A stretch of 63,915 bases of DNA, filler included, from Perkinsus chesapeaki ATCC PRA-425 (Eukaryota; Protista; Perkinsozoa): NCBI GenBank assembly GCA_013115145.1. It is 7 parts of 7 records of this genome, joined end to end, with 100 filler letters (N's around TTAATTAATTAA, not from the genome) between each part and the next. Parts side by side here need not be neighbours in the genome. Positions count along the whole stretch, not along the records: positions 33,157 to 55,298 come from JAAPAO010000586.1; positions 55,399 to 59,494 come from JAAPAO010001319.1; positions 59,595 to 61,207 come from JAAPAO010001867.1; positions 61,308 to 62,425 come from JAAPAO010002188.1; 3 more parts are not named here. One strand, given 5' to 3'. A model generated the notes under the pieces. The model saw only the letters and a program-made list of their open reading frames with translations, had not been told where the DNA came from and made no database searches. Positions 50,900 through 62,354 of the stretch are shown one piece after another (position 1 is the first letter of the stretch; every line of letters begins with the position of its first letter). The translations under genes were made by a program, and so were the position numbers.

Positions 50900-53800
50900 C
50901 ATGTGCAAGCTATGACCAGTATGTGATAATCAAATAATTCCGACAACGAAAAGGCACACTTCATCAAAATATGACGCCCAGTGCTCGAAAAGATATCCTT
51001 CAAAAAGTTTCGGATGGCGCCGATTCCGAATCCGCGGCCCATTTTATCCAAGCCGGTCTTCCCGGAAGTAAGCCGTTCCTAAACGGCTGCTTGCCTTACC
51101 CACGCTAATGGCCCTGACGGCCAGCGAGTCGGGCCCCCCTGGTGAAGCTAGAATGCATACTAGTGATTGCCGACTAACAATGATGGTAAGAACAGAAAAC
51201 TCGCTGAACTCCACGCAAGATTCCCCTCTCCCCCCAGCTCACCGACGCAAGCGCCTTCGACAGGTCATATTATTGGGCGATCTGGCGATGCACCCCTGTC
51301 TTCAACATGAATTAATTTATTATATGTATAGATTCATAAAAGTCCGCAAAGTCTCACCTTGTTCTACCACCACTAACAAGATCTGCACGCATGCACATCG
51401 GCCCCGGCCGCGCAGCATTAATGGCACTCGCACTTTGATTGGCCTAGCGGATCCCAAAGTGATTGATACGAAAGCCAGCTTCTGATTACTCGTATAACTA
51501 ACCGACGAAATAACTGGGCTTGAGAAATGCCAGCGCTGGCGGCTGTGTACCTTCATTAACCTCCTCTACGGCATCCTCAGCCCACCGTATAGGCACGAAA
51601 CTACACTATTTCAAGGCCGAAATTCAACCTAAATCTTGCAACTATTCCCTTCCTCATCAACACAAGCGACCAAGCGACGTGGAGATGTTCGTAATAATAT
51701 TCGTTAAATGTTACGGAAATTATAGAAATTTAGGAATTTATAATTTCTAATAATATTTAAAACAAGTGTCATATTGCCACACTCCACAAGGGCATGCTAC
51801 CGTTCGCGCGCGCTCCCTGCTTGTGCATGCGTGCACAGCTAATCGTACACATCATAACCTTTACGCAATAGGAACAACTTTCCGAAAAAAATGGACATAA
51901 ATATCCTCAACTCTAAGATGGATTCAAAGGTCCTGAAGAACCCTCTGGGCTACACAAACTAGAAAGTAGCTCGACGACGTTGATATGGGACTCTTCGCCG
52001 TCCTCACCAGCAAGGGTCGGCGGCGCCGTAAGTCTTCTAAATCCGTACTGTCCTAACACAATCGATGTTGTCCTACTACCCGCAAGACAGTATTAATAAT
52101 AACTCCATCTAAATCCACAGAAAAGGCTTCCTATTGCGGAGGAAATATAATGAACAGAACGAGATCCATCGCTTTTTACATCGCCCCACGTACTAGCAAG
52201 GCGCGTAAAACCAAACAGATGAGAACTGAGACCGTTGACTTTTAAAGAACTCTTCAGTAGTATGGAGATTAGATGTCAGACAGTACGATGAATCCCTCAA
52301 TAGGCATTGTGTCGTATTGAAGAATTCACAGCTTTCATAGGCCCTTGATGGCCATTTTGGCAAGGTGGACCAGAATGCAACCGTTTGACGACGGGGATAT
52401 GGGAGAGCTGACGCTGCTCTTGAGCTGGACTGTAGCTAGGTGAGTGCTGCTGCTGGATCGCGATGATGCTACCTTCTTACCGCTGATGCAGTGACAACCG
52501 GATGATGGAATAAGGGATACAGGCGGACGACATTGGAGAGCGCCAGCATTAACAGAAAGGATGACAGCCTGCAGGGCTGGAGGGAGCTTCTTGAAACCGG
52601 AACAATCACACTGCCTTCGTCTCCGAGTCTTAGATTTAGGCTGAGCATCAGAGGAACATTGAGAACAATTGACATCTTGATGATTGCCTCCTTATCTTAC
52701 TTTGGATAATAGTACAGCCTGATACTTTCTCCGACCGATTGCATCTTGAGGGCATATGCCGAGTTCCGTCTTCCCGTAAACAGCAGAATCCTCGGCGGAG
52801 GTCGGTGGAGACGGCGGCGGCGGGGGCATTGGAACCTTCTAAACAAAATTCTGCTAGTGAAACGCCAACGAGGGACACTGAAATCCTTGATATTTCATAT
52901 TTCGACCATCATCAAGGACTGGCCAACCAACTGACATAGACAGAGGGGCGGCGCTGATGATGCCCACCACGTTCATCGCGTACACATATTCAAGCGGCAG
53001 CTTCGCTGTGCCGACGTATGCAGTATTCGGATCGGCGCACGCCCGTGACCGCAAGATGTCACGGAACGCGAGCAAGCACTGTGATCACCCCATCAGACGA
53101 CTGCTTAATGCTACTAGTGCGTCACCACTACACATGGAATCATCGAGCAACGTGAAATACATTGAGAGTTGCATTAACGTTTCTCTCCCTCTTAGCTTCC
53201 TTACAATGTAGATCGACTTACGTAGTTGCGTTCCACGACGAACGTAGGAGCATGAAAGCGTGCCTTTCACTGCGTAAATAAATCCACTCAATTTCAGGTG
53301 TACTGCCCGAGGGGAAAATGACGTGGTTGCCTGCGCGTTCGTTAAGCCTGCGGAAGGTGTAGAAACGTTATTGATGTCCTAGAGCCCTATGAACCCCAGT
53401 TGAGATATGACTGCTGCTGCTGCCACAGTGATCCTTAACACTTACTAGAAGAAGACATGGGAAGAGTTGGTAAAACTGAATAGCTGATGATCTCCAACTT
53501 ATTTGCACCAACTACACAGATTTTCCTATTTCACTTTTTAATCCTCGTATGTCGAACTACACGAGCTATCTAGAGCCCAAATAACCTCCCTTAAATCGAC
53601 GGCCAATTAAGCCGTCGATTCGATCCTTAAGGTCCTCAACGATCTTAACGGTCCTTAAGATCGCCCAATTGCTATCCTTGTCGTTGCCCTGAGACTCCAT
53701 TGGGTCCTAAATCTGCCAAATGCATGAAGTTCGGCGGGTTCCAGCAGAAGAAAAGCGCAATACTTCTCCGCAGCCTCAACAGTGTAAAGCGCGTTGCCTT

Positions 53801-54900
53801 GTCATTGTGCATTGGGACAACAACGTCTACCCGTACTTGTCTGTATTAGGATGACCAATGACAGATAGCCATCAGATTTCACTAAGAGGAACACTTGTCA
53901 GCTTTTTTTTCCATCAATCTTTCGTCACTTTCAAGGAACGCGGCTCAATCTCCTAAAATATAAAATATGATACGTTATAATAAAACAATTACATTATATA
54001 TTCACTCTAAATAGCTACCCGCGCTCGTCGGGATATTGCAACGCTCAGTTCACAGTAGCATCGAGTGCCTGAGGAGGCGAAGCGGTAGCGGTCCAGCAGC
54101 GAAACGTTGGTCGAGGCAGTCACCTTGATCTAGTCATCTCATAAGAGATGGCAGCAACGCCGGCAAGTTCCTCAGCTTCCTATCAAGAATTCTGCTGTTT
54201 GGCATCGTGGAGGAGCGGCGAGTACATCCTTTCGAGGATTATTCATTGAAAACTTATACTCCCTATTATTAGAGTGTGGCGATAGTCGAGAGGATGATCT
54301 CCCAGCGATGTGTGCGTAGATTCCTCTTACCAGGATTGTTATTACATTTAATAACTTTTACGCAATAGGAACAACTTTCCGAAAAATTGGACATAAATAA
54401 CCTCAACTCTAAGATGGGGTTCTGTGACCTTACCAGATAGCAATAACTGCATTCAAAGGTCCTGAAGAACCCTCTGGGCTACACAAACTAGAAAGTAGCT
54501 CGACGACGTTGATATGGGACTCTTCTCCGACGACACCTTCTTACCACTACAGAACCGGCAAGCGCTCGAGGGGATGAGCGAGACCGGAGGACGGCACTTA
54601 ATAACACCAGCGTTAACAGAAAGGATGGCAGCTTGAAGGCCAGGAGGGAGCTTCTGGAAGCCATAACACTCACACTTGTTGGAGCTATGAGTTGCGGACT
54701 TCGCCTGTGGATAAGAAAGAGAATGATCAATAGATATTCTCGAGCTCACATTTATTCTTGATGATAGAACAGCCTGGTACTTCCTCCTACCAATTGCGTC
54801 TTTGGGGCAAATGTCGAGTTTACTTCTACGATGAACGCTGGAGCCTGTGGTAGTTGTAGAGGACATTACAATATTGATTAAACCAAAGATTCGACGATAC
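50900..54900 (-). CDS. Hypothetical multi-exon gene(s) with an internally duplicated module; limits approximate
   Basis: Exons occur twice: ICPQDAIGRRKYQAVL / ICPKDAIGRRKYQAVL; CDCSGFKKLPPALQAVILSVNAG / CECYGFQKLPPGLQAAILSVNAG; EESHINVVELLSSLCSPEGSSGPLN in both copies. Other open exons lie at 53075-52930, 51500-51355 and 51070-50900. Confidence 0.5.
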
Positions 54901-55445
54901 TACTGCAGAATACAGGGCATTTGATGACAGCTCCAAGGCCACCATTAGAGCAGAATCGAGAGTCATGCGTGCACATCACTAGCTCAAAAGATATCATATA
55001 TGGCAATAGACGGAGCCATAGTGTTAACAGAAAGTGGACAAGAATGGGTACACGTCGAGCATCACCGGTAGAAGTAAGCGTTAAGTGAATAAATAAGTAG
55101 AAATGTTTCCGAAAATTCCAAAATGCGAAAGAGTTTCAAGTCCAAGCAATAGTCTAAGCAGTAGTGTGAATTCAAGCCCGCGAGTTGAATGATTAGAGCT
55201 TTGCCGACATTCGTATATGGTTTGCAACGGTGCAATCGAATTGAGCAACCTGACTTTCTTGCTAAACTTGCCAACCTGCTCAATCCTACATTCTCTGCNN
55301 NNNNNNNNNNNNNNNNNNNNNNNNNNNNNNNNNNNNNNNNNNTTAATTAATTAANNNNNNNNNNNNNNNNNNNNNNNNNNNNNNNNNNNNNNNNNNNNTA
55401 ACTAGTAGGTAACTCAAATCATCTTCAGCTCGTGGGAAAACATAC

Positions 55446-56609
55446 TCAGTAGCGGCTGCCAACACCTCCCTTGCGTGGCTGACCGTTGCTGATATGTTTC
55501 CCCGTTGTTCGGCTGGAGCGGGCTTTCTTCTTAACGTTCTTGGCCGCGACTCTACCGAGGATGGGGGCGAACTCTAGGTTCTCGATTTTACGACAGTTGA
55601 CGTATTCCTTGAACGAGGTGCTGCGGGTACCCTGGTGGGCCAGAACTTGCAGTAGAGTGGCATCGCCTCCGCCAGTTGTGAAGTCCTCAGTGGAGCCTCG
55701 CCTGAACGAGTGGGAGCCGTAGGCGTGGGTATTTTTCACCCCGAAGGCTTTGAGAGTAGACCGTAGGTGCTTGTTGAAGAACTTCAAGGAGAATGGGAAC
55801 CACCTCGATGTTTTTGGTGATACACAGCTGTCATGCCCAACGCTCATGTTACCTTGCAGCTCCAGTAGCTTATGGTAGGCGCAAACGTTACTTCCCGCTT
55901 CCTCACAAACGCAAGGTCTCGTGATCCTCGACCTGTACCTCTTATTCTTCCGAGTGGCTAGGGTCACTGTGAAGGACTTGTTCTTGAATGAGATGTCTTT
56001 ACGTTGCAGACGGAGGAGTTCATCTTGGACCCTTAGACCACAGCTATACGCAACCAGACAGCCCACACCAAACTTGTAGGCGCGGCTTGCCTTGGACATT
56101 CTTTCCTTCTTTCTCAGAGCTTCGACAACCGTCTCCGTTTGCAGCATGATCTTTTTCAAAGCGTCGAAGTGGATGCCCTTCATTTTCTTCGTAGGTGGAC
56201 TTCTGAGCTTGATAGCCCGTTTAGTTGCGTTGATCGCATCCGAGTTGAAGGGGGAGCTAGTAGAGTGTACCGGGGCCAGTAGGTTGGCGAAGAACCTCAG
56301 GCCAGTGTTATAATTTTTCATTGTATTCTTGTTGTGGAAGCTGAGCAACCATAGACATAACTTGTCCGAGTGGATGGGGAAGGCCGGGAGCTCTAGGGTC
56401 TTAGTGAAGGCCACATAATGTCTAGCTCCCTGCAGATAGGTTCTCAGGGTGGACGGCCGAATACTGAGTAGGGAGGTGAGCATGCGCTCCGTCTCCAGTG
56501 TGGCCAGTAAGGCATTGCCGGTGGCACCTGAACATAGAGTAAGTCGCATGCGAGTCATCTTCAGGCCGCGGGGAGGGTTACCATCCCCATGCACCAAATA
56601 GACTCTCAC
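55446..56609 (-). CDS. Tyrosine recombinase of YR retrotransposon
   Basis: Complete catalytic set: GLRVQDELL (R), TRKNK (K), SHSFRRG (HxxR), LAHQG (H), FKEYV (Y). N-terminal STLRTYLQGARHYVAF core-binding-like region. Confidence 0.9.
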   Translation of the reverse strand: MRVYLVHGDGNPPRGLKMTRMRLTLCSGATGNALLATLETERMLTSLLSIRPSTLRTYLQGARHYVAFTKTLELPAFPIHSDKLCLWLLSFHNKNTMKNYNTGLRFFANLLAPVHSTSSPFNSDAINATKRAIKLRSPPTKKMKGIHFDALKKIMLQTETVVEALRKKERMSKASRAYKFGVGCLVAYSCGLRVQDELLRLQRKDISFKNKSFTVTLATRKNKRYRSRITRPCVCEEAGSNVCAYHKLLELQGNMSVGHDSCVSPKTSRWFPFSLKFFNKHLRSTLKAFGVKNTHAYGSHSFRRGSTEDFTTGGGDATLLQVLAHQGTRSTSFKEYVNCRKIENLEFAPILGRVAAKNVKKKARSSRTTGKHISNGQPRKGGVGSRY

Positions 56610-56785
56610 AAGGCCTGAGTGGTTAACTTGGCGGGTTAAGCGGTCTCACTTAAGCCTCGTCCCACGTTATTCCCTGCGGGTAGCCGCAATCCTTAATTGA
56701 GGTGACCCAAGTCAGTACACACAGTTGAGTATACGAAGAGAAACCAGTCAGCTAAGATGTGTTGTATCGTAGCAGATAGGCGAAT

Positions 56786-58925
56786 TTAGCCAGATAACCA
56801 CGATCTCCACGATGGGTTCGGCGTTGTAGGTGATCTCCTCCAGCCCTGCAACCGAAGTTGGTCCCACTTCTTCCTGCTTGGGAGGTCGGCCGGGTTTGCG
56901 GCCGACTCGACTCTATCAAACCATATATCGATGTTGTTCAAGGCAGTGAACTTCCACAGCTCCTTGGCGATGAGGTTCAGGTCTCTGCATTTACTGTATC
57001 CTTTACGGAGGCAGCCTTCGGCAACGGTAGAGTCCACGTAGCAGTGAACACTACAACGCCCCGCTCGTCTGAGCAGTCGGCCTATAGGTTCCTTCGTGCC
57101 GGAGTAGTGCTCTAGGCATACTAGAACCGCAAGGGCCTCGAGTGGCTNNNNNNNNNNNNNNNNNNNNNNNNNNNNNNNNNNNNNNNNNNNNNNNNNNNNN
57201 NNNNNNNNNNNNNNNNNNNNNNNNNNNNNNNNNNNNNNNNNNNNCGACCGAACCAACATTGGTAGCCAGGACGCCGCCGATACAACCCCGCTTGCTGGGT
57301 GAGTCGTCAGCGCTAGAGAACTCAGCATCAGTGTAGAGTATTACCCGTGGGGTGTCTGTTCCTAGGAGGAACATCTTCCTTGGGCAGGCGTGTATAGCCC
57401 ATTGGAACCATTGCAGGGCTTGCTTGATCTCGTCGTCGTCTGATGTGGCTTCAGACCATGGAGCAGGGCGGTTTGCCCTCCGAAAAAGCGACCTCAGGAA
57501 AGCTCTCCCATTCCTTCCATGGAAGGCTGTTAGGGCAAAACCCAGCTTGCCCGCCAGCCGAGCCGCGTCGGCTGGCCGTAGCCTGTTGCTGGTGAGCGCG
57601 TCGTCGATCTGGGCGTTCAGTTCAGCTTGGCGTTCATCGTCAATGTCCAACAATACAGCACCGTTTTGTAGGCGGACTCGGATACCAAGTAGCTTCAAGT
57701 CAGTGCATGGCGTTGTACTTTTGGCCTGCTTGAGGCTGAAACCCAGAATGTGGTTGAGCGTGACTGCTATTTTATAGCACACGTCTTCTTCATCCCTGGG
57801 GCAAACGGCGAAGAAATCGTCGATGTAGCAGAACGCCGAGACCAGGAATTCCTTCCTGAGGACGGCCACTATAGCCCTCGATACTCTAGTGTAAGCGTGT
57901 ACCGACGCTCTTGCGCCGAAGGGAAGGCATCTGTGGATGAAGTAGCGGTCGGAGTCCTGACGACTGGGGCACCCAGGCAGAGTGAGGCGAACAGCAAGGA
58001 TGTCATAATCCCTAGGATTGGTCGGGCACTGCCGATAGGCTTGGGCGTGGTCTAAACGGAACATTGAATGGTGTCGAGGGACCTTACCTCGATGTTGGTC
58101 TTGCTGGTAGGCCTCTCTTAGGGCGTATATGACATCGTCAATTGTGTCCAGGAACAACTTCTCGGGGACGGCCGTGAGGGAGTTAACCATAGACGAAGTC
58201 AGATCGTCAATCTCTCTTATTTTGTCGCTCTCTGTCTTGGGGAAACGCTCCGAGAACAGCCACCGGTCGCCGAACAAACTGTCCATTTGCTGGCGCGTGT
58301 ATGGTCCTTCCAGTCGATGTCTGTCAACGTCCTGCACGGCCATGTTCCAGAGATCAGTCACCAGGGGGTCCTCGGGATGACGGCGACACTTGGACGTGAT
58401 AAGGCGAATCTGTGGTGCACGGTCAAGCAGCTGGTCCTTGTCGACTGGAGTGACCTCGGGGGAGGGCTTGTAAACACCATTAGATGATAGCGTTCCGCTG
58501 ATGTCGAAACCTCTTGCCATCTCGCAGGGAAGGTCGGCGTCACAGTAGTCGATAGAGTCTAGCAAAGCCTTGAACAGGGCAAGGTTCTTACCTTGGAGGA
58601 CTTGCTGGACTGCTGCAGGCGCTCGGCTAAGCATGTCTAGATTCCTCTCTCTCACCTGGGCTGACTGCCCCTGCAACTCCCAGATCCGGAGTTTGAGGAG
58701 CCTCCACTTCTGCAAGTTCTCACCCATGTCATTGGCCTTAGTGATGGTGTCACGTATGGCGGATCGCTCTGCTGTAGGATCAAGTATACGACTCTCGTCC
58801 ACGGCTTGACGAAGGTGCTCTACTCGGGCATCCGTGTCAGCCGTCGGTGGCACCGACTCGGTGCAGCATTGTACACGGGGGAGCGGACACAGAGGGGCGG
58901 ATAAGGCGGGGCCGCCGCATAACCG
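56786..58925 (-). CDS. Reverse transcriptase + RNase H (pol) of YR retrotransposon; interrupted by an N-run
   Basis: RT motifs RLDHAQAYRQ, CLPFGARASV, FCYIDDFF; RNase H motifs ILYTDA, EALAVL, CYVDSTVA, VESAANPADLPSR. Confidence 0.92.
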
Positions 58926-59494
58926 TCAGGTGTTAGTCTTAGGGTTTGACTGAGAGTCCGTCTTACCCCTATTAGCTGTCAGCCTGACAGGTTCAGTTGG
59001 TGTCGACTTAGAGGCCGCTTCCGTCGGAGGTTTCTTGTGCTGTGCAGCGCCGTGCTTGTAGCTTCTGCAGATAGAGCACCGGTGGGTGTAGTTGCAGTTG
59101 GGTCTTTTACATGCACCTGGGCCGCCTTTGCTGAAGGCAAAGCAGAAACGGGATCCCTCCTGTTTGTTGCCCTCCCGCAAAGAACTTCTAACCATGATGA
59201 GGCATTCCAGATCGATCTGCCTGGCAGCTTGGTGTAGGTTGAAAGAGTCGTCGAAGATGCTGCTCGAAGCCCACCTCGATCTCACCGCTTCATCATACTT
59301 CAACGCCACTGACCAACCATCCTGTCCCGCGACCTTGGTGATACAGTTCATTAAATAGTTGAAACCATCAGCTAGCGACCACACATCGATAACCGCGTAG
59401 GACACAGCCATACATCCGCACCGGAGCATGACGGACGAGGGAGAGTTGTCGTTATTGGAGGAAGGATGGGAGGGCATGCAAGCTGGAGTAAAAC
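58926..59494 (-). CDS. gag-like ORF1 (3' part) of YR retrotransposon
   Basis: GWSVALKYDEAVRSRWA and zinc fingers CFAFSKGGPGACKRPNCNYTH-RCSICRSYKH. Truncated by a gap; ORF 59543-59794 may be its upstream part. Confidence 0.75.
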
Positions 59495-60009
59495 NNNNNN
59501 NNNNNNNNNNNNNNNNNNNNNNNNNNNNNNNNNNNNNNTTAATTAATTAANNNNNNNNNNNNNNNNNNNNNNNNNNNNNNNNNNNNNNNNNNNNTAGTTC
59601 ACGGTGGGAAGCTTCTCAATTGTAGATAGCCAAACCTCGAATCCGTCCTTCGTGCAGCGGGATATACTTCGCGGGCCGAGAGTGTTGGGTCCCAGCTGGT
59701 GGGGCAGGTCGGGGTTCGACGTCTCGTTGGCTAAGCGGTTACTAAGTTTCTGTATTTCGGGCTGCAGAAGCACTTCGTGCAGCAGAGGTACCACACAGTT
59801 TAGTTACACATATGCATACGCGAATATATTGCTCCGGGCGATGTGCTCCGATGGAGCGTTCTCTGCAAGCCGGAGATCGGGAATCTCAAATGGCGTCTAC
59901 TAGCCCGAGGCGCGCGCCGCGCGGTGCCATGGAGGCGTGACGCCGATTCAGCCCGGTGACGCCTTCAATCCGACCGCCTTTTCTTAATCTCATATCTCAT
60001 ATAAATCGG

Positions 60010-60207
60010 ATGCCTTCATTCTACGCTATGCTAATTCTGCTCTTAACCGCCACGTCAAGGTTCGTATTGGGCAGTGGCGGAGGATGTTCGGGAGACCGCT
60101 GCATTCTGTACTCTATAACAGGTGGTTACCGATGCGACTTTTCATCGGGTTACTGCTGGGCTGGACCATTCGGTATGGGTTATGGAACAGGCACAAGGTG
60201 CTGCTAG
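60010..60207 (+). CDS. Small secreted Cys/Gly-rich peptide (65 aa)
   Basis: MPSFYAMLILLLTATSRFVLG (signal-peptide-like) followed by SGGGCSGDRCILYSITGGYRCDFSSGYCWAGPFGMGYGTGTRCC*; six Cys; CATATAAAT just upstream. Confidence 0.6.
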   Translation: MPSFYAMLILLLTATSRFVLGSGGGCSGDRCILYSITGGYRCDFSSGYCWAGPFGMGYGTGTRCC

Positions 60208-61308
60208 TCCAGCTGCTATAACGACATTGGTATTGCACGCAGACCACGAGTGAAGCAATACACATTTAACCTTCCAAAGGCTAGACTTACTGGATAGCTG
60301 CGCAACAACAACAACAATCTTGGGTATCGTTTTCTACGATTTTTTATCACTCTTCAACGCAGTCGGTTGCAGTTCTGGATAGTTTTTGAGATCCCCATTG
60401 AGAATTGTGTTGTGAAATGGGAGAGGCTCTTATGCATTTCGTTTCGCTTCGGCGCACACTCGAGGAAGATGTATTTGTTCGAGAAATCCTGACGTTCGCG
60501 TAGTTCCTCATCAATGACTACACTATTCGTGGTATGAAGTTTATGTCAGAAGTTTCACTACTGAAACGTAACACCTTGCGGACGTAATGGAAACTTGATA
60601 ACTTCCATGATACTTGCTAAAGACAATCGCAAACCTTTGTCATACAGCAGCGATATATTGCCGTTCAGCCGCATGCCGCTCATTTGGAGTGGCGTATGGG
60701 AGTGCCAAAGAAGTATTTCTACTATTTTCCTAACACGTGGCACGCCAAAGGATGAAGGACTGCTCACTGCACAGCCATGGGTGCGCCTATTCTCGGCGCT
60801 GCAGGGTTTCACCTGTAACAGTTATACTAGCCGGTCACTGGGAACGGCGTTTTGGCTGCGTCGCCAAATCTTCCGGTAGAATTTCGGTCATCTGCGATTG
60901 AAGGAACCTGTTGATATTAACATTCAGAGTTTATTGAGTTATTAACCAACTTCAAGTTGATATAAAAAGTAGTCCCGACACCTCGGAGATGCTCCAGTTG
61001 CAAACCGCCGCCGAAGTATCTAGATAAAATCTATGCTGTCGTCTATGGCCTATCTTAGCAGCACTCACTTGATATAATGGCGAGCCACCGGTAGTCCGAA
61101 ACCCCCTGCCGCTTTAGGCATCTGCAGCTCTGAGCTCCACGGCGAACAGCTCTGTGTTATATTCTCGACTGGGTCGTAAGAGCTGCAAGCAATATATTTC
61201 ATCGATGNNNNNNNNNNNNNNNNNNNNNNNNNNNNNNNNNNNNNNNNNNNNTTAATTAATTAANNNNNNNNNNNNNNNNNNNNNNNNNNNNNNNNNNNNN
61301 NNNNNNNT

Positions 61309-61407
<99 letters not shown>

Positions 61408-61579
61408 TTAGTGTTTTTCGGAGATACGAGAATGATGCGAAAACTTCATCTCGGCGGGCATGCTCGTGGAGGTAGATTTTCTGATGGAAAAAGAGTAAAA
61501 TGAGTGGATAATGAAAACAATGTTCATCGGAGAACTGGTGTTCACGGAATGGAAGCCTGAGTTATATATGAATAAGGAT

Positions 61580-61595
61580 GGCGTCGAAAAACGCC
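61580..61595 (-). promoter_or_regulatory. Histone-type 3' stem-loop downstream of H1
   Basis: Minus strand GGCGTT-TTTC-GACGCC (6-bp stem, 4-nt loop), 55 nt after the stop codon. Confidence 0.7.
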
Positions 61596-61650
61596 TTGCA
61601 ATGCTTGTAAGGACTACAAGAAGATACCACCACTATACAGAGGAGGCATT

Positions 61651-62148
61651 TTACTTCTTGGTGGAGCGCTTTGTGGCCGCCTTCTTGGTCGTGGTCTTTT
61701 TGACCTTGGGGGCAGCAGGCTTCTTTGCTGCCTTTTTACCGGTCGACTTCTTACTGCCAGGAGCTTTCTTGGGCTTGGAAGAAACCTTCTTAGCCTTGGG
61801 GGCTGCCGGTTTCTTCGCAACCTTCTTCGCCGAGGCCTTCTTGGTGGACTTCTTCTTGGTAGCGGTCGGCTTGGACTTCTTCGCTGCAGCCGGTTTCTTT
61901 TCTACAACCCTCTGTCCGGCAGCCAGCTTGTAGGAAGCCTTAGCTTGGCTCACGTGGCCAGCGTCAACAAGGGACTTCAGAGCCTTGTTAAGAGCGGTTT
62001 TGTTCTCGACTCCGTAGTTCTGCTTGATGAAACTGAGGATGGCTTGACGGCTCATCTTCTGGAATCCCTTGCATGTGGTCAAGGCCTGTCTGACCATGGC
62101 AGAGTAGTTCGGGTGACCAGCTGATTTGGCACTAGCTTTTACAGTCAT
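61651..62148 (-). CDS. H1: Linker histone H1 with H15 winged-helix globular domain and Lys/Ala/Pro-rich tail; intronless
   Basis: HPNYSAMVRQAL...SRQAILSFIKQNY...LNKALKSLVDAGHVSQAKASYKL followed by a KKPAAPKAKK-type tail. Confidence 0.92.
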   Translation of the reverse strand: MTVKASAKSAGHPNYSAMVRQALTTCKGFQKMSRQAILSFIKQNYGVENKTALNKALKSLVDAGHVSQAKASYKLAAGQRVVEKKPAAAKKSKPTATKKKSTKKASAKKVAKKPAAPKAKKVSSKPKKAPGSKKSTGKKAAKKPAAPKVKKTTTKKAATKRSTKK

Positions 62149-62301
62149 TACGTTATAAGTCGGGAAAAGACTATTAGTAGGTAAGGATGGTGGCTAGGAC
62201 AGAATTTCACCTCGCACCACTAAATGTCACTTCTGAAAGAAAAACCGTAAAATAGGACAATCCCCAGAATTCGAACGATTCACGAAAATAAATGTCAAGA
62301 T

Positions 62302-62317
62302 GGCGTTGAGGAACGCC
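62302..62317 (-). promoter_or_regulatory. Histone-type 3' stem-loop downstream of H2B
   Basis: Minus strand GGCGTT-CCTC-AACGCC (6-bp stem, 4-nt loop), 37 nt after the stop codon. Confidence 0.7.
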
Positions 62318-62354
62318 TTGAAATTGTCAATAGCTCATTGAGGAGTACAAGAAC

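Larger units (their letters stand above)
55399..59900 (-). mobile_element. Tyrosine-recombinase retrotransposon (DIRS order, Ngaro/DIRS-like); termini lost in gaps
   Basis: Order gag (CCCH finger) - RT/RNase H - tyrosine recombinase, all intron-free on the minus strand, with no DDE integrase or protease. Confidence 0.9.

Noticed and set aside
57352-59358. Plus-strand ORFs within the retrotransposon
   Set aside because: Antisense shadows of gag and pol.
60443-60460. TCGCTTCGGCGCACA as the 5' end of U6 snRNA
   Set aside because: No downstream ACAGAG box or other U6 sequence.
61511-61933. 140-aa hydrophobic plus-strand ORF
   Set aside because: Antisense shadow of the Lys/Ala-rich H1 tail.
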